A stretch of DNA of 64,000 nt from an uncultured Clostridium sp. (lineage in GTDB: Bacteria; Bacillota; Clostridia; TANB77; CAG-508). This document shows positions 54,827 through 63,363 of the stretch, in pieces. The number at the start of each line of letters is the position of its first letter. The stretch's first letter is position 1. The DNA lies in NCBI GenBank assembly GCA_947570695.1, contig CANOVB010000005.1, positions 67,487-131,486 of the forward strand, in the 5' to 3' direction. A program made the translations under genes and the position numbers. Below the pieces are notes generated by a model. It made no database searches. It was not told the origin of the DNA and saw only the letters and a program-made list of their open reading frames with translations.

Positions 54827-57511
54827 ATGAATGTTTCAAATTTTACAGAAAAATCTAAAGAGGCAATAACTGCTGCAAGTAATATTACAACAAGAAATAA
54901 TAATCCAGAAATTACAGAATTTCATTTATTAGCAGCGTTTTTAGAAGATAGAGAAAGTTTAATAACTTTATTATTTAAAAAGATGGATGTTGATGTAAAT
55001 TCTTTAAATACATTAATTCAATCAGAAATAGATAAGATGCCTAAAGTTACAGGATCAGTAGCTCTTCGATTTTCTGCTGAAGTTGAAAAAGCACTAGATG
55101 AGGCAGAAAAACAAGCAAGAAATATGAAAGATGATTTTATTTCTGTAGAGCATTTAATGCTAGGAATTTTTGAGTGTGCAACTGAAAATTTAAAAAGAAT
55201 TTTAAAAAACTATAAAGTTGATAAACATAAATTTTTAGTGGCATTAAAAGATATTAGAGGAAATGTATCAGTAAATTCTGATACACCTGAGAATTCTTAT
55301 GATGTATTAGGAAGATTTGGCAAAAATGTAACAGAACTAGCAAAACAGAATAAATTAAATCCTGTTATTGGTAGAGATGATGAAATTAGGAATGTAATAA
55401 GAATTCTATCACGTAAAACAAAAAATAACCCAGTATTAATAGGAGAGCCTGGTGTTGGTAAAACAGCAATAGTTGAAGGATTAGCACAAAGAATTGTTAG
55501 AGGAGATGTGCCAACAAGTTTAAAAGGGAAAACAATTTTTGAATTGGATTTAGGATTATTAATAGCAGGAGCAAAGTATAAAGGAGAATTTGAAGAAAGA
55601 TTAACAAGTGTTTTAAAAGAAATAGATAAAAGTGAAGGAAATATTATATTATTTATAGATGAAATTCACAATTTAGTTGGAGCTGGTAAATCAGATGGAG
55701 CAATGGATGCAAGTAATCTTTTAAAACCACGTTTAGCTAGAGGAGAACTTCACTGTGTTGGTGCTACAACTTTAGATGAATATAGGGAATATATAGAAAA
55801 AGATCCAGCACTTACAAGACGTTTTCAACAAGTGCTAGTTCAAGAGCCAACAGTAGAAGATGCAATTACAATTTTACGTGGAATTCAAGAAAAATTTGAG
55901 ATTTTCCATGGAGTAAAAATACAAGATTCAGCATTGATTGCTGCGGCAACATTATCAAATAGGTATATTTCAGATAGGTTTCTTCCAGATAAAGCAATAG
56001 ACTTAATAGATGAAGCATGTAGTATGATAAGAACAGAAGTGGAATCAATGCCAACAGAGTTAGATGTAATTTCTAGAAAAATAATGCAATATGAAATAGA
56101 AGAAAAATCATTAGAAAAAGAGGACCCAGAGGATGTTAGAGTACAAAAGCAGCTAACAACAATAAGAGGTGAGCTTTCAAAATTAAGAGAAAAATTTCAA
56201 GATATGAAAGCAAAATGGGAAAATGAAAAGAAAAATATATCAAGAATTCAAAAATTGAAAGAGAAAATAGATGATGTAAATGCACAAATTGAAAAAGCAG
56301 AAAGAAATTATGATTTAAACAAAGCAGCTGAATTAAAATATTCAACTTTACCAAATTTAAAAAAGGTTTTAGAGCAAGAAGAAAAAGAAGTAGAAAAAAC
56401 TCAAGGCAAAAATACTTTATTAAGAAATAAAGTTACAGAAGAGGAAATTGCAACAGTTGTTTCAAAATGGACAGGAATTCCAGTATCAAAACTTGCAGAA
56501 GCAGAAAAAGCAAAATTACTTAATTTAGAAAATATATTACATGAGAGAGTTATAGGGCAAGATGAGGCAGTAAAAAAAGTAAGTGAAGCAATAATAAGAG
56601 CAAGAGCTGGGATTGCTAATCCTAATAGACCAATAGGTTCATTCTTGTTCTTAGGTCCTACAGGTGTTGGAAAAACAGAACTTGGAAAAACTTTAGCAGC
56701 AACACTTTTTGATGATGAAAAAAATATGATAAGAATAGATATGTCTGAATATATGGAAAAATTTAGTGTTACAAGATTAATTGGTGCACCTCCTGGATAT
56801 ATTGGATATGAAGAAGGAGGACAGTTAACAGAAGCTGTTAGAAGAAAACCATATTCAGTTGTTTTATTTGATGAGGTTGAAAAGGCACATCCAGATGTAT
56901 TTAATATTTTTTTACAAATACTTGATGATGGAAGAGTAACAGATTCACAGGGGAGATTAATAGATTTTAAAAATACAGTAATTATATTAACTTCAAATTT
57001 AGGTTCTCAATATATATTAAATAGTATTGCAGAACATAAAGAAATTACAGAAGAGGCAAGAGATGCTGTAGATAAAATTTTAAAACAGCATTTTAGGCCA
57101 GAATTTTTAAATAGATTAGATGAAATAATTTGTTTTAAAGCTTTAGATAAAGAAGCAGTATATAATATAGTTGAACTTATATTAAAAGGTGTTATAAATA
57201 GAATAAAAGAAAAGGGAATAGAGCTTTCATTTACTAAAAATTCAATAAGATGGTTAGTAGAAGAAGGATATGATATGGAATTTGGTGCAAGACCATTAAA
57301 AAGAATTGTGCAATCTCAAGTAGAAACTCTTATAGCTAAAAAGCTTATAGCAAATGAAATTGTTGATGGAGATAAAATTGAAGTTTATTATGATAAACGA
57401 ATTGCAGGGCTTAATATTAGACCAAAACAAGAAATTGTCTCTAATGGTAATACGATTAGTAACAAACAAGAAGAAACTTCTAGTAATCAAGGAGATAATA
57501 ATCCAGAATAA
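54827..57511 (+). CDS. clpB: Chaperone/disaggregase ClpB
   Basis: Clp_N repeats, NBD1 GEPGVGKTAIVEGLAQRIV, a long M-domain coiled coil, NBD2 GPTGVGKTELGKTLA. It has a roughly 30-aa N/S-rich C-terminal tail. Confidence 0.96.
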   Translation: MNVSNFTEKSKEAITAASNITTRNNNPEITEFHLLAAFLEDRESLITLLFKKMDVDVNSLNTLIQSEIDKMPKVTGSVALRFSAEVEKALDEAEKQARNMKDDFISVEHLMLGIFECATENLKRILKNYKVDKHKFLVALKDIRGNVSVNSDTPENSYDVLGRFGKNVTELAKQNKLNPVIGRDDEIRNVIRILSRKTKNNPVLIGEPGVGKTAIVEGLAQRIVRGDVPTSLKGKTIFELDLGLLIAGAKYKGEFEERLTSVLKEIDKSEGNIILFIDEIHNLVGAGKSDGAMDASNLLKPRLARGELHCVGATTLDEYREYIEKDPALTRRFQQVLVQEPTVEDAITILRGIQEKFEIFHGVKIQDSALIAAATLSNRYISDRFLPDKAIDLIDEACSMIRTEVESMPTELDVISRKIMQYEIEEKSLEKEDPEDVRVQKQLTTIRGELSKLREKFQDMKAKWENEKKNISRIQKLKEKIDDVNAQIEKAERNYDLNKAAELKYSTLPNLKKVLEQEEKEVEKTQGKNTLLRNKVTEEEIATVVSKWTGIPVSKLAEAEKAKLLNLENILHERVIGQDEAVKKVSEAIIRARAGIANPNRPIGSFLFLGPTGVGKTELGKTLAATLFDDEKNMIRIDMSEYMEKFSVTRLIGAPPGYIGYEEGGQLTEAVRRKPYSVVLFDEVEKAHPDVFNIFLQILDDGRVTDSQGRLIDFKNTVIILTSNLGSQYILNSIAEHKEITEEARDAVDKILKQHFRPEFLNRLDEIICFKALDKEAVYNIVELILKGVINRIKEKGIELSFTKNSIRWLVEEGYDMEFGARPLKRIVQSQVETLIAKKLIANEIVDGDKIEVYYDKRIAGLNIRPKQEIVSNGNTISNKQEETSSNQGDNNPE

Positions 57512-57560
57512 AAAAGAAAATTAAAAGATTACTAAACAAAGGAATTGGGAAGATGAGAAT

Positions 57561-57597
57561 AAAAAAGATATTTACATTTTTGTAAATATCTTTTTTA
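57561..57597 (+). terminator. clpB terminator
   Basis: aagatatttac-attttt-gtaaatatctt followed by a T-run. Confidence 0.8.
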
Positions 57598-57600
57598 TTT

Positions 57601-57808
57601 AATAGGGAAGTGCTTTGCACTTCCCTATTAAATAAAGCTTTCAGCAACTTTGTGCAGAAAAAATTCAAAGAAATTTTTCGCACATCGAACAAAGACGAGG
57701 GCATTTGCAATAAATTTTGTCTTTTTCAATTTTCATAATGCCTTCTTTTGTTCTTATATGACATTTGCTTTTATATTTTTCAATTATAATAATGTCCTTT
57801 TGAGTTCT
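57601..57808 (+). repeat. Intergenic repeat family IGR-1, copy R6 (best-preserved full copy plus an extra module D)
   Basis: Module A: aatagggaagtgc-ttt-gcacttccctatt (57601-57629). Module B: aaataaagctttcagcaactttg. Module C: gtgcagaaaaaattc-aaa-gaaatttttcgcac (57652-57683). Module D: gaacaaagacgagggcatt...aatgccttcttttgttc (57687-57754). Module D': gacatttgc...aatgtccttttgagttct (to 57808). Confidence 0.8.
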
Positions 57809-57825
57809 AATTTAAACATATTTAA

Positions 57826-60800
57826 TTAGTTTCCATCTGAAATTTTATAAACAATATTAAAATATTCAAATTTATCTGTTTCATTATTATATAGACAATC
57901 TAAATAAGAATTTAATTCTACAATATTTTTACAAGCTGTTATTATTGCTGGATTTAGATTAGAAGTAAACATTAAATCTAATCCTAAGTCTATAGCTGCA
58001 CGAATTGATGATTTTTCTTTTACTCTCATAAGAGTATAAGCCTCTTTGAAACGGGCAGATATAGGATTTTTATATACAGAAAGTGGAACAGTATATTCAT
58101 TTTCTATAACATCATCTACTGTTTTATATTTTTCAGAACCATTAAGTTTTTCACCAATTTCTTCTGAAGTATAAGGTAAGTACACTTTTTGAGTTTCTTC
58201 TGAAATTAGAAGAGTATTGCAATCATAAATTGATGAGACTAAAGCTTCTTCTTCATTTTCTAATTTTGAAATTATATCAGATAAAGAATCCATCATTTTA
58301 AATAAATCACTAGCAGGATCATTATCTATATCTATTTCAGAACTAATATCATTTTGGATATCTATTCTGTTTAAAGTATCAATATTATCGAAATTATTTC
58401 CTTCATTAAAGAATTCAGCAACATCAGTATGTTGAACATTAGTTTCTTTATCAATTTCAATATCAATATTTTCTTCACTAAATTCTTCACTAATACCAAA
58501 ATCTTCTTTATTTAAATTTTCACTACAATAGGTGATTTCTTCATTAGCATTGTAAATATCTTCTGAAGAATTATTTTGAATTTTACCATTTTCTTCATTA
58601 ATATTTTTTTCAACTGGTGCTCCAACTGTTAAAATTTCATTTTCAACATCTGATTCAAGCTCTATTTTTTCTGAAGTATTATCTAAGTCAAAAGAAACAT
58701 TTAATGTATTAGAAGACTCAAAAGATAAAACTTCTGTTAATAATTCCTCTTTCATCTTTTCATCAATATCACATTCAGATGAAGAAAGTTTTTCTTCAAA
58801 AATACTTTCTATGCTAGAAGCCTCATCATTAACTATATCTGATTCAGCAATAGTTTCTATATCTTTAATGTAATTTACATTTTCGGCTTCATTATCTAAA
58901 CTAGAGATATCATCATTTATATTGTCTATTTTAGTTGGAACTACGATGTTGTTATAGTAAGTAGCTTCATCATTAAGTGATAAATCATCAGAAATAGGGG
59001 AAGGAGCTACCTGAACTTCTGGTACAGCAACAGTATTAGCTGCAGCTACTTCTTGAATGGCTTCTAATGGTTTGGCAGTTGGTTCAAAATTATTTAAAAC
59101 ATTATGAATATCATTTTTCAATGAATTAACATCTGTTTGTAAGAAACTGTTTCCAAATGGTGTATTTAAGTTTGAATTTATAAAATTAGTTTCATCAAAA
59201 CTGAATTTTTTAAATATATTTGAAAATGCAGGAGTTGAAGATTTAGAACTTTCAGGTTTTGAAAAGCCTATTACATCCGTATTAATACTGCCAGCTACTT
59301 CAAAGGATAATTTATTTGTTAAATTAGTAGATGTTTCATCAATATTATTAAATGGAATAATGTTATCTGCTGCTTCATCTAAAACTACTCCATTTGTATA
59401 GTCATCATTTTCTATAGATGAATTTTCTTTTTCATAAAAATTTTCAGAAGGTAGTATATCATAATTATTAAAGTATATATTTAAATCTATATCTTTATCT
59501 TGAACTTCAACTTTATCTGAAGTTTCAGTTACTTCATCAATATTATCAATAACTTCTTCTTGTGTATCGCTTAAAATTTCATTTGCTTCATAACTAGTTT
59601 CAGAATCGTTTTGTATATCGCCTAAAGTTTTATCTACTTCATAGTTAGTTTTAGAATCTTCTTGTGTATTATCTGAAATTTCATTTGATTCATAATTAGT
59701 TTCATCTTGAATATTATTTGAAACTTCATTTATTTCGGAAATATTTTGTATATAATCATTAACATCATTTATAACTTCATCTTCAGAATTAATAGAATAG
59801 TCGTCAATTTTGTTAGTAATTTCAGCACAATCAGAGCTATTTAAATTGTCTACTTCCTCATCAATAATTTCAACTTCTGAATTAGTTTCAATTAAAGAGT
59901 CATATTCTTTTTCAATTTCTAATTCAGTATCAACATCAGCTTCAGAAACAACAATATCAAGTCCATTATCTATATCTCCAAGTAGAGGAGAATAATCGTT
60001 TCCTATTGAAGTTTTCACTTTACTAATATCAATAATTTTATCTGAATTTATATTTCCATCATTAATAGAATTTTCATTTTCTTCAACAATTTCTCCAGTA
60101 ATGTTGAATATATCTGAAATTTCTGTATCTATAATATTTGTAACATCATCTGAATTTGTTTCATTAATAATAGAATTATCAGAGATTTCTGCTTGATCAT
60201 TTGTTATATCATCAAAAGAGCAAATATCTTCAATTAAATCAGAAGAGTTATCTTCGATTTCTGTAATTACATTATTAATAGCAGATGCAATTTCTGATTC
60301 AATATCATAAGTTTCATCTGTTTTTATATTATCAACTTCTTCGATAGTAGAGGTATAGATATCATCAGTTTCGTTTTCTGAGTCTGTAACTGTAATATCA
60401 AATTTTTTAAATACAGAAGGTTCATAGAAAAATGTTGCATTTTGATTTATAGAAGAATCCTTTTTTGTGGATGCGCTAGAAACAACAGGTGTAACAACTA
60501 GAAGTGGCACATCTTGTAGTGGAACTTCTTTTTTTTCATTTGCAACTCCATTAACAGGTTCTTTAAATTCTTCTTTAACTGTTTCTTTATTTTTCCCTAA
60601 ATTTAAACAAAGATTTCTTTTTCTAGAATTGCCTTTTTTTACTATATCTGGTCTTATAATACTATGCTTAATTGCAGAATTTATAGAGACTGTAGGCAAT
60701 ACTTCAGGCTCTATTTTTACATTTTCTTTTTTTGGTTTAGAGACTTTTTCTGTAGTTTTTTTCTTAGTGTCTACAGTTGTTTTTTTGGCAGTAGTTTTTT

Positions 60801-60891
60801 TACTAATTTTTAATGTTGGTTTTGATTTTGATTTTGCTTTAGATTTTGATCCTGCTTTTTTTTCAACTGCTTTTGCGGATTTTGTTACCAT
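57826..60891 (-). CDS. 1021-aa protein with a lysine-rich N-terminus, a roughly 750-aa D/E/N/S/I-rich low-complexity core and a roughly 150-aa ordered C-terminal domain
   Basis: GGAGG RBS. N-terminus KSAKAVEKKAGSKSKAKSKSKPTLKISKKTTAKKTT. Tandem roughly 16-aa repeats (TNYESNEISDNTQEDSK / TNYEVDKTLGDIQNDSE / TSYEANEILSDTQEE). C-terminus ...YLPYTSEEIGEKL...NPAIITACKNIVELNSYLDCLYN. Confidence 0.75.
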   Translation of the reverse strand: MVTKSAKAVEKKAGSKSKAKSKSKPTLKISKKTTAKKTTVDTKKKTTEKVSKPKKENVKIEPEVLPTVSINSAIKHSIIRPDIVKKGNSRKRNLCLNLGKNKETVKEEFKEPVNGVANEKKEVPLQDVPLLVVTPVVSSASTKKDSSINQNATFFYEPSVFKKFDITVTDSENETDDIYTSTIEEVDNIKTDETYDIESEIASAINNVITEIEDNSSDLIEDICSFDDITNDQAEISDNSIINETNSDDVTNIIDTEISDIFNITGEIVEENENSINDGNINSDKIIDISKVKTSIGNDYSPLLGDIDNGLDIVVSEADVDTELEIEKEYDSLIETNSEVEIIDEEVDNLNSSDCAEITNKIDDYSINSEDEVINDVNDYIQNISEINEVSNNIQDETNYESNEISDNTQEDSKTNYEVDKTLGDIQNDSETSYEANEILSDTQEEVIDNIDEVTETSDKVEVQDKDIDLNIYFNNYDILPSENFYEKENSSIENDDYTNGVVLDEAADNIIPFNNIDETSTNLTNKLSFEVAGSINTDVIGFSKPESSKSSTPAFSNIFKKFSFDETNFINSNLNTPFGNSFLQTDVNSLKNDIHNVLNNFEPTAKPLEAIQEVAAANTVAVPEVQVAPSPISDDLSLNDEATYYNNIVVPTKIDNINDDISSLDNEAENVNYIKDIETIAESDIVNDEASSIESIFEEKLSSSECDIDEKMKEELLTEVLSFESSNTLNVSFDLDNTSEKIELESDVENEILTVGAPVEKNINEENGKIQNNSSEDIYNANEEITYCSENLNKEDFGISEEFSEENIDIEIDKETNVQHTDVAEFFNEGNNFDNIDTLNRIDIQNDISSEIDIDNDPASDLFKMMDSLSDIISKLENEEEALVSSIYDCNTLLISEETQKVYLPYTSEEIGEKLNGSEKYKTVDDVIENEYTVPLSVYKNPISARFKEAYTLMRVKEKSSIRAAIDLGLDLMFTSNLNPAIITACKNIVELNSYLDCLYNNETDKFEYFNIVYKISDGN

Positions 60892-61132
60892 TTCATAACC
60901 TCCATATCGACAAAATAATTCAACTTATCTTATGTTTATACAAGACATTATAATATAAGAAGAAAAAAATGTAAATGCATTTTCGAGTAAAAAATATTAA
61001 ATTGTGTTACATTTTTGTTACAAAAATATTAATAAAATTTATACAAAATGTAACATAAAATTTATTGAATGGGCAAATTTACAATGTTATACTCAAACTG
61101 TCAAGTAAGATAAGCAAAAGGAGCGATTGATT

Positions 61133-61663
61133 ATGGCAGATAGTCCAGAAGTAATAGAGGCAAGAGAGAAAAGGGATGATAGAGATTTTTTCTTAAGTAG
61201 AGTTGAAGAAATGCCAAATTTAATTGAGTGGGCAAATGATCAAATACGTGATGATAAAGAAGTTATTATGAAGGCAATTAAATCTGATGGTGGGGCATTG
61301 GAGTTTGCAAGTAATAGGCTTAAAGATGATAAAGAAGTTTTATTAGAAGCAGTTAGCCAGTCAGGATGGACTTGCTGTTATGCTAGTGAAAAGTTGAAGA
61401 CTGATAAAGATGTTCTTTTAACAGCTTCAAAAAATGATGGACAAGTTTTATATTTTGCAAGCAAAGAACTTAGAGATGATAAAGATGTAGTACTTGCTGC
61501 AGTAGAAAATAAACCTATTATTTTAAAATATGCAAGTTTTAGATTAAGAAATGATAAAGAAGTAGCTATAAAAGCTGTTAGTAAAGCTAAGAAAAAAGTT
61601 TGGGATTATATTTCTCCTGAACTTAGAGAAGACGAAGAGATAAAGAAATTGTTAGAAGAATAG
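61133..61663 (+). CDS. DUF4116 repeat protein
   Basis: Five copies of a roughly 30-aa repeat D(D/K)KEV(I/L/V)..A(I/V)...G.(A/V)L.(F/Y)AS..L(K/R)(D/N)D. ATG 61133 follows AAAGGAG. Confidence 0.75.
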   Translation: MADSPEVIEAREKRDDRDFFLSRVEEMPNLIEWANDQIRDDKEVIMKAIKSDGGALEFASNRLKDDKEVLLEAVSQSGWTCCYASEKLKTDKDVLLTASKNDGQVLYFASKELRDDKDVVLAAVENKPIILKYASFRLRNDKEVAIKAVSKAKKKVWDYISPELREDEEIKKLLEE

Positions 61664-61690
61664 AATAAAAGAGGATATTATAATAATTGT

Positions 61691-61815
61691 AAAAACAAAA
61701 CTAAATGATAATGATGTCATCTTTGTTGTGTGTGCTGATTTTATTTTATAAAATTGTATACAAATTTTGATGAAGCTTTTTTATAGAAATTGCAGAGCAA
61801 TTTACTATAATATAA
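61691..61815 (-). repeat. Intergenic repeat family IGR-1, copy R7 (inverted orientation, short form)
   Basis: The reverse complement reads tattatagtaaattgc-tct-gcaatttctataa aaaagcttcatcaaaatttgtatacaattttataaaataaaatcag...aacaaagatgac...ttttgttttt; compare R3a. Confidence 0.65.
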
Positions 61816-61874
61816 AAAAATAGAATAAACCTTTCTTTTTAGAATATATAATTAAAAAGAGAGGTTTTATTTTT

Positions 61875-62144
61875 ATGAGAGATTATAGTAAAGTTAGTAA
61901 GTTTTTAGAAATACCAAGAGAGGTTATAAGTAATATTCCTAAAATTACTATAACTGGTTTTGATGAAATTTTAATAGAAAATTTTAAAGGAATATTAGAA
62001 TATGAAGATTTTTTTGCTAGAATAAGTACAGAAATTGGAAATATAAACATAAATGGGTTCAATTTAAAATTAAATCAAATGACTGATAATGATATTTTAG
62101 TTAGTGGAAAAATTGAAAATATAGATTTTGAAAATGGAAAATAA
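61875..62144 (+). CDS. yqfC: Sporulation protein YqfC (YabP/YqfC family)
   Basis: LEIPREVISNIPKITITGFDEILIENFKGILEYEDFFARIST is the family signature. It is followed by yqfD, as in other spore formers. Confidence 0.88.
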   Translation: MRDYSKVSKFLEIPREVISNIPKITITGFDEILIENFKGILEYEDFFARISTEIGNININGFNLKLNQMTDNDILVSGKIENIDFENGK

Positions 62145-62154
62145 GGAGTAAATT

Positions 62155-63340
62155 ATGATATTCAAAGTTATATATATGTTTTTTGCTGGCTATGTTAATT
62201 TAGCGATTGAAGGATTTTTTATTGAACGATTTATAAATATTTGTAGAAGCAAAAACATTATTCTTCAAGATTTACATAGAGAAAATAATAGTTACATAAA
62301 GGCTAAAATTTTAAAATCTGATTTTAAAGAGATTAGACATATTGCCAAAAGAACAAAATGTAAAGTAAAAATAGAGAGGAAATTAGGGATCCCATTTTTG
62401 ATTAATAAATATAGAAAAAGAAAGATATTTGCAGTTGCGTTTTTGGTGATTGCAATTTCTATTTTTGCTCTTACAAAGTTTATTTGGAATATAGAAGTTG
62501 TTGGAAATGAAAATATTTCAAGAGAAGAAATCATAAATTTAGTTAGTGAATATGGCATCAAGGTTCGGAAAATTAAAGTCTAATATTAATATAGAAAAAG
62601 CTAGTAATTTAATTAGAATGGAAAGAGATGATTTATCTTGGATAGGAATTAATATAAAAGGGACAAATGCTATAATAACTATTAAAGAATCAATTAAAAT
62701 GCCAGAAATAATAGACAAAAATGAAATTTGCAATATTGTAGCTACAAAAGATGCTTGTATATCAAAATTAGTTGTACAAAATGGTACAGCAAGAGTTAAT
62801 GTTGGAGATGAAGTAAAAAAAGGTGATTTATTAGTGGAAGGAGTTATGGAAAGCGAACTTACAGGAAATAGATTTGTTCATGCAGAAGCTGATGTTTTTG
62901 GAAAAATATATTATCAAAAAGAAAAAAAAGAAACTTTTGTGCAAAATGAAAAAATAAAAACAGGAAATGAGGAACAAAAAAATGAAATTTGTATAAATAA
63001 TTTTAAAATAAATTTTAATAAAGGGGTTTCAAAATTCGAAAATTATGATACAATAACTTCAAGTAAAAAAATCAAGTTATTTTCTAATTTTTATATACCA
63101 ATAGAAATAAAACATATCACTAATGTCGAAATAGAAAATAGAATGAAAACATACTCTGAAGAGGAACTGAAGGAAAAAATACAAAAAGAATTAGAAGAGG
63201 AGTTAGAAAAGGAATATAAAATTTCAGAAATTGATGAGAAAAACAAGAAAAGAGAAGTAATTACAAATACAGAAGATGACGGAATTACTTTAACTTTAAT
63301 GTATGAAATACAAGAAGAAATTGGTATAAAGGCAAATTAG
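62155..63340 (+). pseudogene. yqfD: Sporulation protein YqfD interrupted by a 1-nt frameshift near 62560-62566 (or a sequencing indel)
   Basis: ORF 62155-62583 is the N-terminal half (GYVNLAIEGFFIERFINICRSKNI..., one TM, ...LVSEYGIK). ORF 62546-63340 in the next frame continues FGKLKSNINIEKASNLIRMERDDLSWIGINIKGTNAIITIKES. Skipping one g in atcaagGttc restores a roughly 395-aa YqfD-length protein. Confidence 0.75.
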
Positions 63341-63363
63341 ATTATAGAGGGGATGAGTAAATA

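Noticed and set aside
59810-60898. Plus-strand ORFs 59810-59995 and 60467-60898 antisense to the giant acidic protein
   Set aside because: Their low-complexity S/T/F-rich translations mirror the acidic repeats on the other strand, and they have no RBS. The minus-strand 3-kb frame is the real one.
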